From assembly GCA_963662465.1 (NCBI GenBank), contig OY759599.1, positions 4,544,001 to 4,608,000 on the forward strand: a stretch of 64,000 nucleotides of DNA, written 5' to 3'. The position numbers and the translations under genes are program-made. The number at the start of each line of letters is the position of its first letter. Positions within the stretch are counted from its first letter, which is position 1. The notes under the pieces are model-generated. The model was not told the origin of the DNA, searched no databases, and saw only the letters and a program-made list of their open reading frames with translations. Shown in pieces: positions 39,325 through 48,096 of this stretch. Source of the DNA: Desulfatiglandales bacterium. GTDB taxonomy: Bacteria; Desulfobacterota; DSM-4660; Desulfatiglandales; Desulfatiglandaceae.

Positions 39325-39552
39325 GTAACCGTTCACGGTTGCCGGTTCACGGTTTTTCAATAAATTATGGGTTTCCTTCATACAGATTTACACTTTCTTG
39401 ATGAATCGTTTTTTCAATTTTAATGAAGGATGCGGAATTATGTTGGGATTGATAACCGCAATTTTTTAAATCTTCACAAGAGGACCCCATAATCTTCCGT
39501 TATCCTCTGTTTTTCAACCGTAAACCGGCAACCGTAAACCGTGAACGGTTAC
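39325..39552. mobile_element. 228-bp MITE with heptamer-built terminal inverted repeats and 8-bp target duplication
   Basis: 16-bp perfect TIR GTAACCGTTCACGGTT; GTTTTCTC at 39317-39324 and 39553-39560; AT-rich non-coding core. Confidence 0.9.
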
Positions 39553-39566
39553 GTTTTCTCTCGGCA

Positions 39567-40034
39567 TCAGGGGGTGTGGGACACATCCATCTCATCCATC
39601 CGCACGTCTGAAAGAATCGTAAAATCGGGAATATGAACAATAAACCAATGGTAGAGGGGGTACACCGCCGCCGCGGCGGATGGCGTGAGGGTCTTTTTCA
39701 AAACATCCACCCAGGTGTTGAGCTGGGCCGACCAGTAGGTGCTGTGGAACCCCCGGGACCGATAGGCCCGGAATACCCACAGACAGGTTTCCACCAGGGT
39801 CTGCGCATCCGGTTTTTGCAGGATGGCCGCCACAAACCGTGCATGGTTGGCATGGTTGTCCTTCATGACATCCAGGTTGTTTTCCCCCACCAGCGCCATA
39901 ATATCGGAACGTTCCAGCATGAGCTCATTGATCATGCCCACCATCTGCTCCCGCCTCTCCGCATATTCACCCAGCACCTCGGGAGATACCTTCGGGATTT
40001 CTTCCGCCGTTGCCAATAGTTGTTCCTTGTTCAT
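39567..40034 (-). CDS. all-helical globin/phycobiliprotein-like protein (putative bilin or heme binder)
   Basis: AGGAGG RBS before ATG 40034; DNHANHARFVAAIL..D...L....W....Y.SRG pattern; next to B12-domain gene. Confidence 0.6.
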   Translation of the reverse strand: MNKEQLLATAEEIPKVSPEVLGEYAERREQMVGMINELMLERSDIMALVGENNLDVMKDNHANHARFVAAILQKPDAQTLVETCLWVFRAYRSRGFHSTYWSAQLNTWVDVLKKTLTPSAAAAVYPLYHWFIVHIPDFTILSDVRMDEMDVSHTP

Positions 40035-40056
40035 ACCTGATTCCTCCTTGAGAGAT

Positions 40057-40734
40057 TCATTTTGAATCCGGATCCATCCCATCTGTTTTTAAAATGAACT
40101 GTTTCAACTCTCCCAGCGATGAAAGATGAATTACATCAGGATAAGGGTCCACCACATTTCCGCCCCCGTGGCGAAAAGCCTGCCCCCCGATGAGAACGGG
40201 AAGCTTCGGGAAACGCTTCCGCAATGCATTCAACATTTTTTCCAGATCTCCCATGTGAAAGTATACACTCAGGGAGATACCCACCAGGTCCGGTTCCACT
40301 TCATCAATAAACCGCACCAACTCAAAGGTTGGCGTGTTGGCGCCCAGATAAAGGCTGTCCCATCCCTGCATCTCAAATACATCGGCCGCCATCTTCGCGC
40401 CCACCTGGTGCATTTCATTTTCAGCGGATGCCACAATGACCTTTTTCCCCCTGCGGTGGGGCGAAATCACCCGGCTGTAGAGCTGGTTCATGAACCCCTC
40501 GGTAATGGAGGTGGCCATATGTTCCGTGGCTACGGAAATCCGGTTCATTTCCCACAGTTCACCCACCCGGTATAGAGAGCGCTGGAACAGACCTTCGTAA
40601 AGGGGGATAATGGGCCGGTTTTCGCGGTTCTCTTCCGCCAGAATCCGTGCGCATTCCGCCCGATCCCCTTGAATCAGGGCCGAAAGATATCGCTGATAAG
40701 CTTCATCTGAAACAAACTTCTCCCGTGCCGTCAT
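40057..40734 (-). CDS. stand-alone CarH-type cobalamin-binding domain protein
   Basis: W-x9-EH (WEMNRISVATEH), E-x-H-x2-G (EMHQVG), LGANTP, GISLS, LIGG. Confidence 0.92.
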   Translation of the reverse strand: MTAREKFVSDEAYQRYLSALIQGDRAECARILAEENRENRPIIPLYEGLFQRSLYRVGELWEMNRISVATEHMATSITEGFMNQLYSRVISPHRRGKKVIVASAENEMHQVGAKMAADVFEMQGWDSLYLGANTPTFELVRFIDEVEPDLVGISLSVYFHMGDLEKMLNALRKRFPKLPVLIGGQAFRHGGGNVVDPYPDVIHLSSLGELKQFILKTDGMDPDSK

Positions 40735-40740
40735 CTCACC

Positions 40741-42897
40741 TTAACTCCCTTTTCCTGCTTTATCAAAAACCCATTTCTCCAGCATTTCGTACACCAGTTC
40801 CCGTTTCACCGGTTTGCTCATGTAATCATTCATGCCCGCCTCCATGCAACGGGCGCGGTCCCCCTCCATGGCGCCGGCGGTCATGGCAATAATGGGGAGA
40901 TCATTGAACCCGGCGTCACGAATGGCGCGCGTCGCCTCCAGACCGTCCATTTCAGGCATCATGACGTCCATGAGAACCAAATCAAAAGCCTGGGGTTGTT
41001 CCAGGACCTTTTCCACCGCAATCTTTCCGTTTTCAACCACGGTTACCTGGTAACCGGCCTTTGACAACATGATTTTTGCCAGTTTCTGGTTTACGGGGTT
41101 GTCTTCGGCCAGGAGAATCCGTGCGGCACGCTTGGCGTCTTCCCGTACGGAATACTGGGTCATGATGACGTGGGGTTGCGCACCGGTCTTTTCCTGTTCC
41201 GGGAGTTTCCACTTTTCCCCGAAAATCCGCCGCAGCATCTGGAACAGTTTTTTTCGCTGAAGGGGCTTGTTGAGGAACCCGTCAAAGCCGGCCTCCGCAC
41301 ATCTTCTGGCATCCCGCTGCATAACCGAGGAGAGGGCAATCAGGGGCAGGCCTTTGAAATCCGCCACTTTTCGAATCCCTTCGGCCACCCCGTAACCGCT
41401 GATCTCGGGCATCTGGATATCGATGATACAGAAATCATAGGGAGATTTCCTTTCGCGTCCCTCTCTAAGGACATCCACCACCCCGCTGCTCCGATCCAGT
41501 GCCGTCACATGAATCCGCGCCATTTCCAACACATATCTCAGAATATCCAGGTTGCTCTGGTTATCATCCACAATGAGCGCCTTCTTACCACTCAGGGAGA
41601 CCGTTTCAAAACGCGGGGGTTCCGCCGCTTCGGCAATTTCCATTTGCGCCGTAAAATGGAATCGGCTCCCCTTCCCCGGTTCGCTTTCCACCCAGATATC
41701 GCCGCCCAGCAACCGTACGATCTGTTTGCAGATGGCGAGGCCCAGGCCCGTCCCCCCGAACCGGCGGGTGGTGGAACCATCCGCCTGCCGAAAGGGTTCA
41801 AAGATACTCTCAAGCTTATCCACGGGAATACCGATGCCCGTATCGCGCACCACCACATGCAGGGTTAATCGATCCTCCCTTTCCTCCCGAACCTGCAGAC
41901 GCAATTCAATTTCACCTTCTTCGGTAAATTTGGAGGCATTGCCCATGAGGTTCACGATCACCTGGCGGAGGCGGCCTGGATCCCCTTTGAGTCGGTACGG
42001 CAGGTTGTTGTCAATGCGGCACAGAATCTCCACTGCTCCCGAGCCGACCCGCGGACGAATCATGTGGCACACGTCATAGGCCAGAAGTTCGGGGTCAAAC
42101 TCTATGAAATCCAGTTCCATCTCCCCGGATTCCACCTTGGAAAAGTCGAGGATATCATTGATCAGCGTCAGGAGCGCCTCACCGCTCTTTTTGATGGTTT
42201 CACCATAATCCACCTGTTCCTCATTGAGAGACGTATCCATGAGCATTTCCGTAAATCCGATAACCGCATTCATGGGGGTTCGAATTTCATGGCTCATGGT
42301 GGCCAGAAAACGGCTTTTTGCCTGAGCAGCCATATCCGCCGCCCGCTTGGCCGCCCGCAAATCCACTTCCACCTGCTTACGTCTGTCAATCTCCGATTCA
42401 AGAACCCGGTTGGCGGTGACCAGTTCCGCGGTCCGATCCGCCACCCGCTGCTCCAGTGTTTCATTGGTTTTTTGGAGTTCCGCCACCAATGTTCGGTTTT
42501 CCTGAACCAGACGGTAGTGTTCAAAGGCCTGCTGAACCACCGTTTCCAGCTCGGTGGGTTCCCAGGGTTTTCCCAGGTAATGAAAGACGTCCCCGTCGTT
42601 CACCGCTGAAATAACAGCCTCGATGTCAGAATAGCCGGTCAGGAGGATGCGGACGGTATCGGGATAGTCTTTTTTCAGACAGTAAAACAGTTCCGCCCCC
42701 GTCATACCCGGCATGCGCTGATCGGAAATAACCACCTGCGCCGGCTTTTCCCTCATGCGCAAACACGCCTCTTCGGCACTTTCCGCCATGACAACACTGT
42801 ATTTTTTTCGAAAAAGCCGGCGAAGGGACCGCACCACTTCCTTTTCGTCATCCACCAGAAGCAAAATTTTCGGATCAGCTTGGGAAACATCAACCAT
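40741..42897 (-). CDS. hybrid histidine kinase REC-HisKA-HATPase-REC-REC
   Basis: LLVDDE/SDQRMP, SHEIRTP, GTGLGL, two more REC domains; start reassigned to ATG 42897. Confidence 0.92.
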   Translation of the reverse strand: MVDVSQADPKILLLVDDEKEVVRSLRRLFRKKYSVVMAESAEEACLRMREKPAQVVISDQRMPGMTGAELFYCLKKDYPDTVRILLTGYSDIEAVISAVNDGDVFHYLGKPWEPTELETVVQQAFEHYRLVQENRTLVAELQKTNETLEQRVADRTAELVTANRVLESEIDRRKQVEVDLRAAKRAADMAAQAKSRFLATMSHEIRTPMNAVIGFTEMLMDTSLNEEQVDYGETIKKSGEALLTLINDILDFSKVESGEMELDFIEFDPELLAYDVCHMIRPRVGSGAVEILCRIDNNLPYRLKGDPGRLRQVIVNLMGNASKFTEEGEIELRLQVREEREDRLTLHVVVRDTGIGIPVDKLESIFEPFRQADGSTTRRFGGTGLGLAICKQIVRLLGGDIWVESEPGKGSRFHFTAQMEIAEAAEPPRFETVSLSGKKALIVDDNQSNLDILRYVLEMARIHVTALDRSSGVVDVLREGRERKSPYDFCIIDIQMPEISGYGVAEGIRKVADFKGLPLIALSSVMQRDARRCAEAGFDGFLNKPLQRKKLFQMLRRIFGEKWKLPEQEKTGAQPHVIMTQYSVREDAKRAARILLAEDNPVNQKLAKIMLSKAGYQVTVVENGKIAVEKVLEQPQAFDLVLMDVMMPEMDGLEATRAIRDAGFNDLPIIAMTAGAMEGDRARCMEAGMNDYMSKPVKRELVYEMLEKWVFDKAGKGS

Positions 42898-42960
42898 GAC
42901 GTTTCTCCCCCAAAGAGGTTTCGAAAAAACCGGCAAAACAACAAAAGGCCATTACGTTAT

Positions 42961-44070
42961 TCAAGGCGCCGCCTTAATGGTCTCGATAAAGCTGTTGTAA
43001 AAACGCTCGGCGTCAATGTCGAAGCAGACATCCACTTCATTTCCATAGGGGCTTTCGACGGTTGTCCCGAATGTCTGGTCGTCGCCGATCTCCACCATGA
43101 CCTTCACCTTCCGGCGGTTGGTGCAGATTGCCGGATCAACCACCATGGACGCGGCCACCGGATCCCAGAAATAGGTGGGCACTTGCTGATCCAGCAGCGG
43201 TTGAATGACGCCCACAATAAACCGGGCCACCAATCGGTCAAGATTTTTCAAGGGATCCAGCACCGTATCGGAGACCGGGGCCTGAGTGGACGCATTGAGG
43301 GGCGATATCAGGACGGAAACACCCGATTGCAGGATCACGGAAAAGGCCTGAACATCCAAAAGAACATTGTACTCCGCCGTGTTTTCCTCCTCCGACAAAG
43401 CGGCCAGGGTCCGGTAAGAGGCTGTTTCCTCAATGGTGGTTTGGGGCGGTACGGTCACGATATTGCCCAGATGGGGAGCAAAAGCGCCGGCGCTCATGAC
43501 GATCCGCTCAATATTGTCGGCAATATCCGGCGCCATCTGAAGGGCCAGGGCAATATTGGTCATGGGTCCAAGGCCCAGAATGGTGACCTTGTCAGGCGCG
43601 TTCCGTATTAATTCCACCAGGAGCTGAGCCGACGACAGGGGATCCGGCGGCGCTTTGATATCCGGGAGACCTGCATCCGCATAAAATTTCAGGGCGCTCT
43701 CCCGCCACTCGTCGGGAAATCCGCCAAACGGAAGGATAGCGGTGTTGGCGCCGTAGGACACCGGCGTCTCGGTTGCCCCTCCCAAATCGACCAGCTTCAA
43801 CGCCACGGGGACCCCGTCCACCTGAAGCATAAAACCCGTGCCCGTAACCGTGAGCGCGTCAAGCTTCACGCCGGCGGCGTTCATGAGATACAAAATGGCC
43901 ATGGCGTCATCCGAATCCACGTCCGTATCCACAATCACATGTTTGATTGATGACGCAGGCGCCGGAGCGCTTGAATTGTCGTCGGAACAGGCGCCGATAC
44001 AGAGTATAAACCCGGCGCAAATGGTTACGAAAAGCTTCTTTAACAACGGGACTACGGATTTGTGTTGCAC
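42961..44070 (-). CDS. nucleoside hydrolase (IUNH family), probable lipoprotein
   Basis: DTDVDSDD, LGPMTN, AEYN, FWDP; IGAC lipobox; GTG start at 44070 inferred. Confidence 0.85.
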   Translation of the reverse strand: MQHKSVVPLLKKLFVTICAGFILCIGACSDDNSSAPAPASSIKHVIVDTDVDSDDAMAILYLMNAAGVKLDALTVTGTGFMLQVDGVPVALKLVDLGGATETPVSYGANTAILPFGGFPDEWRESALKFYADAGLPDIKAPPDPLSSAQLLVELIRNAPDKVTILGLGPMTNIALALQMAPDIADNIERIVMSAGAFAPHLGNIVTVPPQTTIEETASYRTLAALSEEENTAEYNVLLDVQAFSVILQSGVSVLISPLNASTQAPVSDTVLDPLKNLDRLVARFIVGVIQPLLDQQVPTYFWDPVAASMVVDPAICTNRRKVKVMVEIGDDQTFGTTVESPYGNEVDVCFDIDAERFYNSFIETIKAAP

Positions 44071-44232
44071 GATATCCCTCCTTAACCTCTCATAAACTGC
44101 GGTAACACGGCTTTTAAGCAATAAGACATTGCTTTTTCAAGGGAAAATATAGGGGAAATAACATTATGGGTCAAGCACAAAGGGGTTCCCGTCAGAGAAT
44201 ATCGCCGTTCCAGATTTTTTCACGACATGATA

Positions 44233-45162
44233 TTACGTTAAACCGAGTTTCCTGAATCTCTCATGGAGGAGATCCATGTATTGCGTTTTCATGGCATTAG
44301 ATAAAAAACATTTTTGAATCAGATCAGTCCATATGGGAAATGCCTTTACGATGCGACCTATCGTTTGTTCTATGGATTTTTGGGATAAATCGAGGCGTGT
44401 TTTTGCGAAGTACACGAAAAAATCATCCTTCTTCAGTTTATTTTTCTTGCCGCCCAGCGGCAATGCAAGCTCTTCCCGAGCATTTAAAATAATCGTTGTG
44501 TTCAAGAGATCATAAGCCGGTGAGAGTTCGACTTTCAGATCGCGGCAGATCACGGAGAAATTTTTTAGATGCATATCTTCATTTCCAACGAGATAATTAA
44601 AAAGGGTTAGCGTAAACAGTTTTAATTTTTCAATGGCCGGAAATGTGCAGAACTGTTCGATAAGGGATATCACCTGCTCCATGGACGAATCATATTTGGT
44701 GTTTCGGTCTTTTCCGGAAAGCTGAGCGAAATCTTCGACCGGTATTTTTTTGTTTCTGCCCACTCGATCAAAACGCCGGATGAAATAGGTCATGGCGCCA
44801 TCTTTAGAATACACCAAACCCTGCAAGGGGGTCTCAATCCCAATGAGTTTCGCCAACCGCATGGTCACATCTTCATTTTCCGGAACTTCCCTGTAATTCT
44901 GCGTTTGCGGTTTAAAAATATAGCGTCCGCCTGTGTCCACAATCTCAAAAATCTCATTTCTTAAATTCAAGCGCACACTTAATTTGGGTTGAACCCCTTG
45001 AATTGATATTTTGGCGGCCCTGGCAATTGCCTCTCTAACCTGCTCCTCGGCGGAAAAGGGGAAATCTTTCAATGACTTCAATCTGGGTGAGAGTTTTTTC
45101 AAACCCTTAAGAGAATACTTGCCGCCTTCACATGCCTCGTAGGTAATGGGACATCGTCTCAT
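44233..45162 (-). CDS. HipA-family kinase toxin, C-terminal-only (HipT-like)
   Basis: SIQGVQPK, RRFDR, EDFAQ, GNEDMHLKN, LSPAYD. Confidence 0.9.
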   Translation of the reverse strand: MRRCPITYEACEGGKYSLKGLKKLSPRLKSLKDFPFSAEEQVREAIARAAKISIQGVQPKLSVRLNLRNEIFEIVDTGGRYIFKPQTQNYREVPENEDVTMRLAKLIGIETPLQGLVYSKDGAMTYFIRRFDRVGRNKKIPVEDFAQLSGKDRNTKYDSSMEQVISLIEQFCTFPAIEKLKLFTLTLFNYLVGNEDMHLKNFSVICRDLKVELSPAYDLLNTTIILNAREELALPLGGKKNKLKKDDFFVYFAKTRLDLSQKSIEQTIGRIVKAFPIWTDLIQKCFLSNAMKTQYMDLLHERFRKLGLT

Positions 45163-45473
45163 TCTTTTTTCTCCTGAACGGTAACAGCGCCCACCAGATC
45201 ATTTCCCACTGCGATTAACTGACTTAAATAATTAAATTTATCAATTTTCCGCTGCCTCAAAAGACCTTCAAGAAGCGGTCCCTCCGGCAGCAGGCCATCG
45301 AAAAACGGCGGAAAACGGTCAAACATAAATTCTTTTCCGTCCGTCGGCATGGTTAACGCAATTGAAGGCCCCCTATATTTTTCAAAATATGCAAACCGGT
45401 ATTTTTTTCCGGCTTCTATTTCCTGTAAAATACCGGCCGGCACACCATGCATCGATACCTCAGCGCTTTTCAT
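45159..45473 (-). CDS. HipA N-terminal (couple_hipA) domain protein, HipS-like
   Basis: AGIL..YRF.Y...IALTMP..FPPFFDGLLPEG...VGAV; ATGA overlap with kinase. Confidence 0.88.
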   Translation of the reverse strand: MKSAEVSMHGVPAGILQEIEAGKKYRFAYFEKYRGPSIALTMPTDGKEFMFDRFPPFFDGLLPEGPLLEGLLRQRKIDKFNYLSQLIAVGNDLVGAVTVQEKKE

Positions 45474-45684
45474 TTGGCGCCTCCATCAGCGGACTTGTAA
45501 AGGTAATTTTTATATTCAGGGTCTTAAGCACTTTTTGCAAGGTTGAAAACCGAATGGTTTCTTTTCCTTTTTCAATATCGTAAATAACGGTATTCCCCAC
45601 ACCCGCCAGATCAGCCAATTGATTTCGCGTCAGCCCACTTTTTTTACGATGAAACAGAATCATGTCGCCTATCCCGTAATCCAA
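45460..45684 (-). CDS. XRE-type HTH regulator, HipB-like
   Basis: HRKKSGLTRNQLADLAGVG..IYDIEKG; AGGAGG RBS, TTG start. Confidence 0.88.
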   Translation of the reverse strand: MDYGIGDMILFHRKKSGLTRNQLADLAGVGNTVIYDIEKGKETIRFSTLQKVLKTLNIKITFTSPLMEAPNEKR

Positions 45685-45699
45685 AGCCTACCTCCTAAA

Positions 45700-45860
45700 T
45701 TGCCGCCTTGACGGCAAAAACATACAATTTATGCTTCAAATTGTCAGCAAGAACAATTGAATACAATTTTTTACCGCGATAAAGGTAAATATTGGCTTCT
45801 TTGTTTTAGGAAAATCGAGGTTTTCATATAGTATGGGTAACTTTACCGCTATGACGGTAA
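45700..45860. promoter_or_regulatory. three 18-bp operators of the hipBST-like operon
   Basis: TTGCCG-N6-CGGCAA (45700), TTACCG-N6-AGGTAA (45771), TTACCG-N6-CGGTAA (45843). Confidence 0.75.
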
Positions 45861-45875
45861 AATTTCAAGGGGATA

Positions 45876-47261
45876 TCAAATGCCATGGACCGCCATTCGT
45901 TTTCCCTCTTCCATTAACCTGTCAAGGCATTCAGTCAAATAAACGGGGATGGAAAGGAGACGGTATGAAACGGCTTGTCCTAAGGTGGTTTTCAGGCTGA
46001 TATCTTCCACAGTGGGCAAATTGAAATTGCATCGGACCGCAAAATCAAGACGTTTTTCCGCCATAAATTGATGGAGAGACTTCATGCTGCCCGCCGGGCC
46101 GGATTTTACCTCTAGTGGGACGACCTGTCCCCCGTGCCGCAAGAGGTAATCGATCTCCCCCTGCCTTCCCCCGGTCCTTTGCCAATAGAAAAGAGAGGCC
46201 TCCATCAGTGGACTTTGCAGTGCCCGCAATTGCTGCCCCACAAATTGTTCCGCCAGACCACCTTTATTCGAAAGAATGAGGTTTGCGGCCTCCCGTCGTC
46301 TGGTTGATGAAATACCCAGCTGGACGGAAATGAATCCGATATCCACCATTAGCGCCTTAAAAAATTTCTCGTTTGACTCAGCCCCCAGCGGCAACCCGTT
46401 TCCAGCGGAGTGGGCGACCCTGGTGCAAACTTTTGCCTGACAGAGCAAATCAAAGGCCTTCTTAATGGGACCGGTTTTGCTCGAAAGATCAACCCGGCTG
46501 TAAACAAATTTACTGCCCATCTGATTGGCTACGGACAACATGATTTTTTGTAACACGGCGGCTTCCATTTCCCCGCCGTATTTGTGGAAATCATCTCGAT
46601 AGGTCGCCAACAGGTCGTGTTGAATCTTCATGCAGGCATCCAGATCTTCAGAACTGATCCATTCCTGAACGACTTCGGGCATTCCCCCCGTGAGACAATA
46701 GGCCTGGTACAACCGGAGACATTTCTCATGGAGGGATTCGGGCATTCCCGATGTCTGTGAAAAGGAAGACAGTTTCCGGTAAAGGGCATCATGGCCGGAT
46801 GCTCGGACGAATTCAAAAAAGGAGATGGGTTCAAGATAAAAATAGGTAATCCGCCCCACCGGCATGCTGTATTGATATTTGCCAAGAGCAAAATCCAGCA
46901 ATGATCCGGCCGCAATGACCGGCAATTCCGGCATATCCTCCTTGAACCATCTGAGTTTTGCAAACAATTCCGGCACAGCCTGGATTTCATCCAGAAAAAG
47001 CAATGAGGATTCACATTTTACGGGAGTGGAAATTTCCGCTTCAATGTTTTTTAAAACCGCTTGAGGACGGTTTTCCGAAAAAAGATCCGCCAGATTGGGA
47101 AAACGTTCCAGGTTCATCTCGATCAATTGAAGATTGTGACGTTTTGCCAGGTCTCTCACAAGCCAGGTCTTGCCCACCTGCCTGGCGCCTCTGAGTACCA
47201 TGGGTTTCCTGTTGGGGTTTTCCAGCCACTGATCGAGGTTACGGGCAACGGACCGAATCAT
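45876..47261 (-). CDS. AAA_14 ATPase with DUF4143 (PD-(D/E)XK-like) C-terminus
   Basis: GARQVGKT, LDEIQ, AAGSLL, GGMP, EQFV.Q, EIDY...LEVKSG. Confidence 0.9.
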   Translation of the reverse strand: MIRSVARNLDQWLENPNRKPMVLRGARQVGKTWLVRDLAKRHNLQLIEMNLERFPNLADLFSENRPQAVLKNIEAEISTPVKCESSLLFLDEIQAVPELFAKLRWFKEDMPELPVIAAGSLLDFALGKYQYSMPVGRITYFYLEPISFFEFVRASGHDALYRKLSSFSQTSGMPESLHEKCLRLYQAYCLTGGMPEVVQEWISSEDLDACMKIQHDLLATYRDDFHKYGGEMEAAVLQKIMLSVANQMGSKFVYSRVDLSSKTGPIKKAFDLLCQAKVCTRVAHSAGNGLPLGAESNEKFFKALMVDIGFISVQLGISSTRRREAANLILSNKGGLAEQFVGQQLRALQSPLMEASLFYWQRTGGRQGEIDYLLRHGGQVVPLEVKSGPAGSMKSLHQFMAEKRLDFAVRCNFNLPTVEDISLKTTLGQAVSYRLLSIPVYLTECLDRLMEEGKRMAVHGI

Positions 47262-47288
47262 GCGTCTTCCTCACACCATGCGATAAAC

Positions 47289-47369
47289 AACAACACGTTG
47301 TTTTTATTCAAGACACATTAAAACAACGCGTTGAAATTGTCAAACAACAAAAAAACAACGCGTTGTTTT
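47289..47369. promoter_or_regulatory. three phased palindromes over a minus-strand promoter
   Basis: CAAC(A/G)CGTTG cores at 47291, 47324, 47356; TTGACA(47338-47343)-N17-TAATGT. Confidence 0.75.
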
Positions 47370-47494
47370 GTCATGGGGTCACTCCGGCACTTGAAAACGT
47401 CAAATGCCGCAAGAAGGCGCCGATCTCCTCACAGCGCAAACCTCTCTAAAAGATTTATCGTTGACTGATCAAAGAAAGCTGCTAATATTGCTTC

Positions 47495-47689
47495 ATGACC
47501 CTATTTGAGAAAAACAGGAACGATCTTTCCAAATCCAAATATTGTTACGATTTGAGCAAAGCGATATTGATCTCCATGATTGCTGTTCCGGTTTTCAAAA
47601 AGGAGCTTGACCTGTTAAGCATCACGGTTGGAAGTGTGGCTTCTGCCCTGTTTCTTTTTCTGGGCATGATTTTAAAAGGGGAGAAGTGA
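47495..47689 (+). CDS. small two-TM membrane protein (DUF6722-like), apparently leaderless
   Basis: SKYCYDLSK motif plus two hydrophobic segments; ATG 6 nt after TAATAT. Confidence 0.6.
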   Translation: MTLFEKNRNDLSKSKYCYDLSKAILISMIAVPVFKKELDLLSITVGSVASALFLFLGMILKGEK

Positions 47690-47691
47690 AA

Positions 47692-47790
47692 ATGCTGACC
47701 ATATATCTTGTTCTCGGTCTGATGGCGTTGGTTGGAATTATTTCGGTCATTATTTATGATAAGAAGAAAGGCGCCGGCAAACAGGGTTAA
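47692..47790 (+). CDS. 32-aa single-TM peptide
   Basis: Hand translation MLTIYLVLGLMALVGIISVIIYDKKKGAGKQG; GGGGAG RBS at the end of the previous gene. Confidence 0.55.
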   Translation: MLTIYLVLGLMALVGIISVIIYDKKKGAGKQG

Positions 47791-47791
47791 T

Positions 47792-47990
47792 CTCACACCG
47801 GTTTCGCTCTTGACCGTGATCACCCCTTTGCATCCATAAACAATCCCTTTGATCACAGATAATCCCAAGCCGGTTTCTTCTCCTTTACCCTTGGTAGTGA
47901 AGTACGGATCAAATATTTTCTCAAGGATCGCCGGGCTGATCCCGCAACCGGTGTCTTCAACGCATAACTGCAAATAGCGGCCGGGCAATA
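47792..47990 (-). pseudogene. histidine kinase HATPase fragment
   Basis: PGRYLQLCVEDTGCGI..IFDPYFTTK..TGLGL without HisKA or normal ends. Confidence 0.8.
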
Positions 47991-48040
47991 AGGTTGGCGA
48001 CGGTCAGAAGAATGCCGATTAACCCACCGGAGCATTGCCT

Positions 48041-48085
48041 TAAAATGCATTTTATGATAGATACTGACGTCTAAAATGCATTTTA
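48041..48085. promoter_or_regulatory. two identical 14-bp palindromes upstream of the ATPase gene
   Basis: TAAAATGCATTTTA at 48041 and 48072. Confidence 0.75.
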
Positions 48086-48096
48086 CGGGAGAAAAT

